Shown one piece after another: positions 60,624-64,000 of a DNA stretch of 64,000 nucleotides. The notes below the pieces were generated by a model, which worked only from the letters and a program-made list of their open reading frames with translations, searched no databases and was not told where the DNA came from. Origin of the DNA: Aulosira sp. ZfuVER01 (GTDB taxonomy: Bacteria > Cyanobacteriota > Cyanobacteriia > Cyanobacteriales > Nostocaceae); the NCBI GenBank assembly GCA_034530615.2, contig JAVRCV020000036.1:96001-160000 (forward strand), read 5' to 3'. A program made the translations under genes and the position numbers. The stretch's first letter is position 1. Every line of letters begins with the position of its first letter.

Positions 60624-61394
60624 CTACTTTCCCCGTCGATGAGCATGACGTTCATAATCTTCAAAACGCAACTTAGCGATCGCATTTCGGGAAATAGTCC
60701 GCGCCACAATACCCTCGGCTCTACCACCCGCACCTGCATCTAGTGCAACATTGGTTTGTGGTAAGGTTGCTTTCAGAAACTCATGTGTTTCTGAAATAGT
60801 CATTGGTAAAGATGCTACTGTTGCAATTCGCGGTGTCAGAGCAAATCCATAATCTTTTGCAGCTTGAGTCAGTTGCTGTTCATCAAGGAAGATTTGACCA
60901 CCATTATCCCGCCACGCTGCTAGCTGCTGGACAGTTTTAGTAAACAGCACTTCAATATCGGTGAGGATTGCAACATCAAACAGTCGCCAGCCAACATTTT
61001 GTTGTGCAGTGTATTGCTTACTAGCCGATGTAATCTTACCGCCATACAGTTCGAGATATGTAACTACAATACCGCTTTGTGACTGAGGTAATGCATCGGC
61101 AATATTTTTGAGAGCATCTACAATCCCAAGTGCAGGATTACCAATCAGATCGCCTTTTGCAAACAGCAGATCTTCTCTACTACCCAAAAGAAAATTGCCA
61201 TCAGGTAGGAGAATGATCCGCGAGTTAGTACCGTCTACTTTTTCAGTCAGGATCGCCTCACCATCAAAATTAACTGTCTGCTCTAATAAAGCTCCTTTTT
61301 CCCCCAATGCATGATAAGTAGGGATACTAGGATATTTGGTCATAGAATTGAGTTTGTTTAAGTCACAACTCCGTAAGGAAAAATCATCACTCAT
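60624..61394 (-). CDS. Rnl2-like RNA ligase (nucleotidyltransferase domain)
   Basis: KYPSI, motif I TEKVDGTN, ELYG, LFDV, EGIVAR and AKLR. Confidence 0.85.
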   Translation of the reverse strand: MSDDFSLRSCDLNKLNSMTKYPSIPTYHALGEKGALLEQTVNFDGEAILTEKVDGTNSRIILLPDGNFLLGSREDLLFAKGDLIGNPALGIVDALKNIADALPQSQSGIVVTYLELYGGKITSASKQYTAQQNVGWRLFDVAILTDIEVLFTKTVQQLAAWRDNGGQIFLDEQQLTQAAKDYGFALTPRIATVASLPMTISETHEFLKATLPQTNVALDAGAGGRAEGIVARTISRNAIAKLRFEDYERHAHRRGK

Positions 61395-61454
61395 ATATTA
61401 GACTCATGTAGTAATGGTATTACATTTATAATACAAATTTTTGAGCGAGCAAAT

Positions 61455-61541
61455 TTATACCAATTTTCCAAAATTCAGCAACAGATCCTTTCCGCAAAAA
61501 CCCTTTTGAAATCTGGCTTTCCTAATTTTGAATTGGTATTA
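61455..61541. mobile_element. MITE-like element of the 3887 family, inverted
   Basis: TTATACCAATT...AATTGGTATTA. The terminal TTA coincides with the NACHT gene stop codon. Confidence 0.7.
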
Positions 61542-64000
61542 CTGATCTAACTCTGTCAATTTTCTCTGAGCAAACTCCCTGACTTTCTCATCTGAATCAT
61601 TATTAGCTCGCTCACGCAGCAATGCTAAAGTTTGGGGATGACGAAGATATTGCTTGGTAATTATCTCCAGTGCAACTCGCCGAGGATTGGTTTGCCAACT
61701 GTTCTGACGCTGAAAGGGATCTGTGACAGCACAGTTGGAGAATACTTTAAACATCTCAGCTTGATTTTTGAAGTTGCGTGCTAATGCTTGCACTGCAATT
61801 TGTCGCACATTCCAATGATCGTCGATAGTGGTACGGTTTTTGAGAAAGCCAAGAATATCGGTGTCATTTTTAAAACGTGCTAATTCTTCTATGGCGGCGC
61901 GTCGCACAATCCAATGAGCGTCGGTAGTAGCACGAATTTTGAGGAAGCAAATAATATCGGACTCATCTTTGAAGTTACGCGCCAATGCTTGCACTGCTGC
62001 ACGTCGCACATAGTGATTATTGTCAGTAATAGCGCAGTTTTTCCAGAAGCTGATACTATTGGCATCATCTGGGAAATTTCGCGCTAATTCTTCCACGGCA
62101 ATACGTCGCACATTCCAACTGCGATCGCCAGTGGCGCGGTCTTTAAGAAAGCTGATAATATCAGCATTATCGTGGAAATTGCGTGCTAATTCTTCCACGG
62201 CTGCACCCCGCACATCTGAATCCTCATCAACAGTGGCGCGGTATTTGAGAAAGCTTATGGTGTCAGAATTATTTTTAAATTTGCGTGCTAATACTTTGAC
62301 TGCGGCTTGGCGGACATCGCAATCTTCATCAGCAATGGCGCTATCCTTGAGAAAGCTGATGGTATCAGAATTATTTGGAAAATTGTGCGCTAATTCTTCT
62401 ACAGTAGTACATCGCACGTGCCAACTCTCATCAGTAGTAGCAAGGTTTTTGAGGAAGTAGATCGTATTGACATCATCTTGAAAGTTCTGCGCTAATAATT
62501 GAATTGCAGCTTGTCGCACGCGCCAACTTTCCTCAGTAGTAGCACTGTGTTTGAGAAAGTCTATGATGTCAGAATTATCTTTAAAGATATATGCTAATTC
62601 TTCTACGGCAGTAAGTCGCACATCTGCATTATCATCAAAAGTAGCGCGGTCTTTGAGGATGCTGAGGGTATCAGCACGATTGGGATAGTTGCGTGCTAAT
62701 GCATGTATTGCGGTACGTCGCACATCTGCATCATCCACAGTAGCGTGGTCTTGGAGAATGCCGATAGTATCGCTATCATCTGGAAAGTGATGCGCTAATT
62801 CTGCCACAGCGGTACATCGCACATTTACATCTTCATCTGCGATCGCTAAATCTTGTAGCATCCTAATAGTATTGGTGTCATCTGGGAATTGATGCACCAA
62901 TTCTTTAATAGCAGTAAGTCGCACATCCGCATCTTCATCTGCGATCGCGCAATTTTGCAGAATACCAACAATAACAGTATGATCTTTGAAGTTGTGCGCT
63001 AATTCTTCCACTGCGACACGCCGCACATCCGCATCCGCATCCACAGTCGCACGGACTTTTAAGAAGCGGATGGTGTCAACATCATCTTGAGAGTTGCGTG
63101 CTAATTCTTGCACCGCCGCAAGTCGCACATTCCAACTTTCATCAAAAGTGGCGCAGTCTTTGAGAAAACGGATGGTGTTAGCATCATCTTGAAAGTTGCG
63201 TGCTAATTCCTGCACAGCAGCACGTCGCACATACCAATTTTCATCAACAGTAGCGCAGTCTTGCAACCAAGATTTTATCTTGAGGTCATCTTTCCCAGTG
63301 GTAGCAATTGCTGCAACTGCTTGGGTGCGAATTTCCTCAACTAGTTTAATTTCTTTCTCATCAAATAAGCGATCGTAATAATACCAAATGTCATACTTAG
63401 TCAAACTTTTTAACTGTTCAAATAAATCATTAGCAGTTGAACTAATTACTGCACGATTTCTTACTTCTGCAAGACACTTAGCAGCCAAAAATAGATTAGT
63501 AAACTTTTCCTCCTCACCCGGTTGAGAGATTAAGTATTCAATAACTATAGCCACAAATCTTGGCTCAATCATTCCCGCAATCAGCCGTAATACTTCATGC
63601 CAAGTTTCATCTTGCCAGTATTTGCCAAAAACGTTTTCCTTTAGTTGCTCAATTGAAAGTGTTTGTGTTTCTTTAAACTGCCAGACAAACTCCCAAGCAC
63701 AAAAATATTCTAAAAATGTGCGATGCACAAAAGCGTAATAATCTGCACCCAAAAAACAGAGCATAAAGTTGCGAGTTCGCAGTTGATTAATCAAACGCTT
63801 TGCTTTATCTCTGGCGTTACTAACTTCAATGCTTTTTAAATAGTCATTAAAAATTTTCTCTAAATTACTGGCACTAATCAAATTACCCGCTAAACCTTTT
63901 TTATTGGTTTGCATATAATAAGCGACTTGACGCAGCATCGCCTGTTTATCTTTATAATCAATCATTGTGAGCAAATGCTGTCCATTTACTAAAGCACGTT
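61539..64000 (-). CDS. NACHT/STAND-type NTPase with C-terminal HEAT repeats (5'-partial)
   Basis: The frame stays open to the window end. Winged-helix motif FVHRTFLEYFCA, WHEVLRLIAG and 15 repeats of about 34 aa. The P-loop lies outside the window. Confidence 0.82.
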   Translation of the reverse strand, partial: RALVNGQHLLTMIDYKDKQAMLRQVAYYMQTNKKGLAGNLISASNLEKIFNDYLKSIEVSNARDKAKRLINQLRTRNFMLCFLGADYYAFVHRTFLEYFCAWEFVWQFKETQTLSIEQLKENVFGKYWQDETWHEVLRLIAGMIEPRFVAIVIEYLISQPGEEEKFTNLFLAAKCLAEVRNRAVISSTANDLFEQLKSLTKYDIWYYYDRLFDEKEIKLVEEIRTQAVAAIATTGKDDLKIKSWLQDCATVDENWYVRRAAVQELARNFQDDANTIRFLKDCATFDESWNVRLAAVQELARNSQDDVDTIRFLKVRATVDADADVRRVAVEELAHNFKDHTVIVGILQNCAIADEDADVRLTAIKELVHQFPDDTNTIRMLQDLAIADEDVNVRCTAVAELAHHFPDDSDTIGILQDHATVDDADVRRTAIHALARNYPNRADTLSILKDRATFDDNADVRLTAVEELAYIFKDNSDIIDFLKHSATTEESWRVRQAAIQLLAQNFQDDVNTIYFLKNLATTDESWHVRCTTVEELAHNFPNNSDTISFLKDSAIADEDCDVRQAAVKVLARKFKNNSDTISFLKYRATVDEDSDVRGAAVEELARNFHDNADIISFLKDRATGDRSWNVRRIAVEELARNFPDDANSISFWKNCAITDNNHYVRRAAVQALARNFKDESDIICFLKIRATTDAHWIVRRAAIEELARFKNDTDILGFLKNRTTIDDHWNVRQIAVQALARNFKNQAEMFKVFSNCAVTDPFQRQNSWQTNPRRVALEIITKQYLRHPQTLALLRERANNDSDEKVREFAQRKLTELDQ

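Larger units (their letters stand above)
1..64000. repeat. HIP1 octamer GCGATCGC dispersed throughout
   Basis: Dozens of exact copies, e.g. 281-based gene bodies at 341, 4625, 9429, 32281 and 44830 regions. Confidence 0.95.

Noticed and set aside
62020..63378. Plus-strand ORFs within the HEAT repeats
   Set aside because: Antisense shadows of the repetitive coding strand.
1..64000. CRISPR array, tRNA or rRNA genes
   Set aside because: No regularly spaced 25-40 bp repeats with unique spacers and no recognisable structural RNA genes. The tandem repeats are 7-9-mers or coding repeats.

Overview
64 kb from a heterocyst-forming cyanobacterium (Nostocales, Tolypothrix/Fremyella/Nostoc-like). The assignment rests on abundant HIP1 GCGATCGC sites, STRR-type heptamer repeats and phycoerythrin genes. 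In order: (1) a schizokinen/rhizobactin-type siderophore operon with an RhbC-RhbD fusion, a divergent TonB receptor and Fur-like boxes; (2) a helical carotenoid protein, DUF2656, rpsU, an IS701 remnant, ankyrin and NblB-like genes; (3) a phycobilisome locus, cpeCDE-(CpcD-domain gene)-cpeSTR, ccaR, cpcL, cpcD, cpcG, carrying both an RcaC L-box and a CcaR G-box but no ccaS in the window; (4) a tandem-YbjQ module and a flavin amine oxidase; (5) a His-less kinase, murE and a truncated phytochrome/CBCR kinase; (6) a 34-aa small protein, cysH and housekeeping genes; (7) an uncharacterised dynamin-like GTPase + Hsp70-like ATPase + GrpE-like three-gene operon, the best candidate for a novel system, next to a VapBC pair; (8) ubiA and ppx; (9) an EVE / ABC-F / isopentenyl-phosphate-kinase / ATP-grasp / RNA-ligase / NACHT-HEAT accessory cluster. 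Several MITE-like elements and tiny HIP1-targeted insertions are also present. No rRNA, tRNA or CRISPR array was seen. All calls come from reading motifs by eye; no database searches were run.
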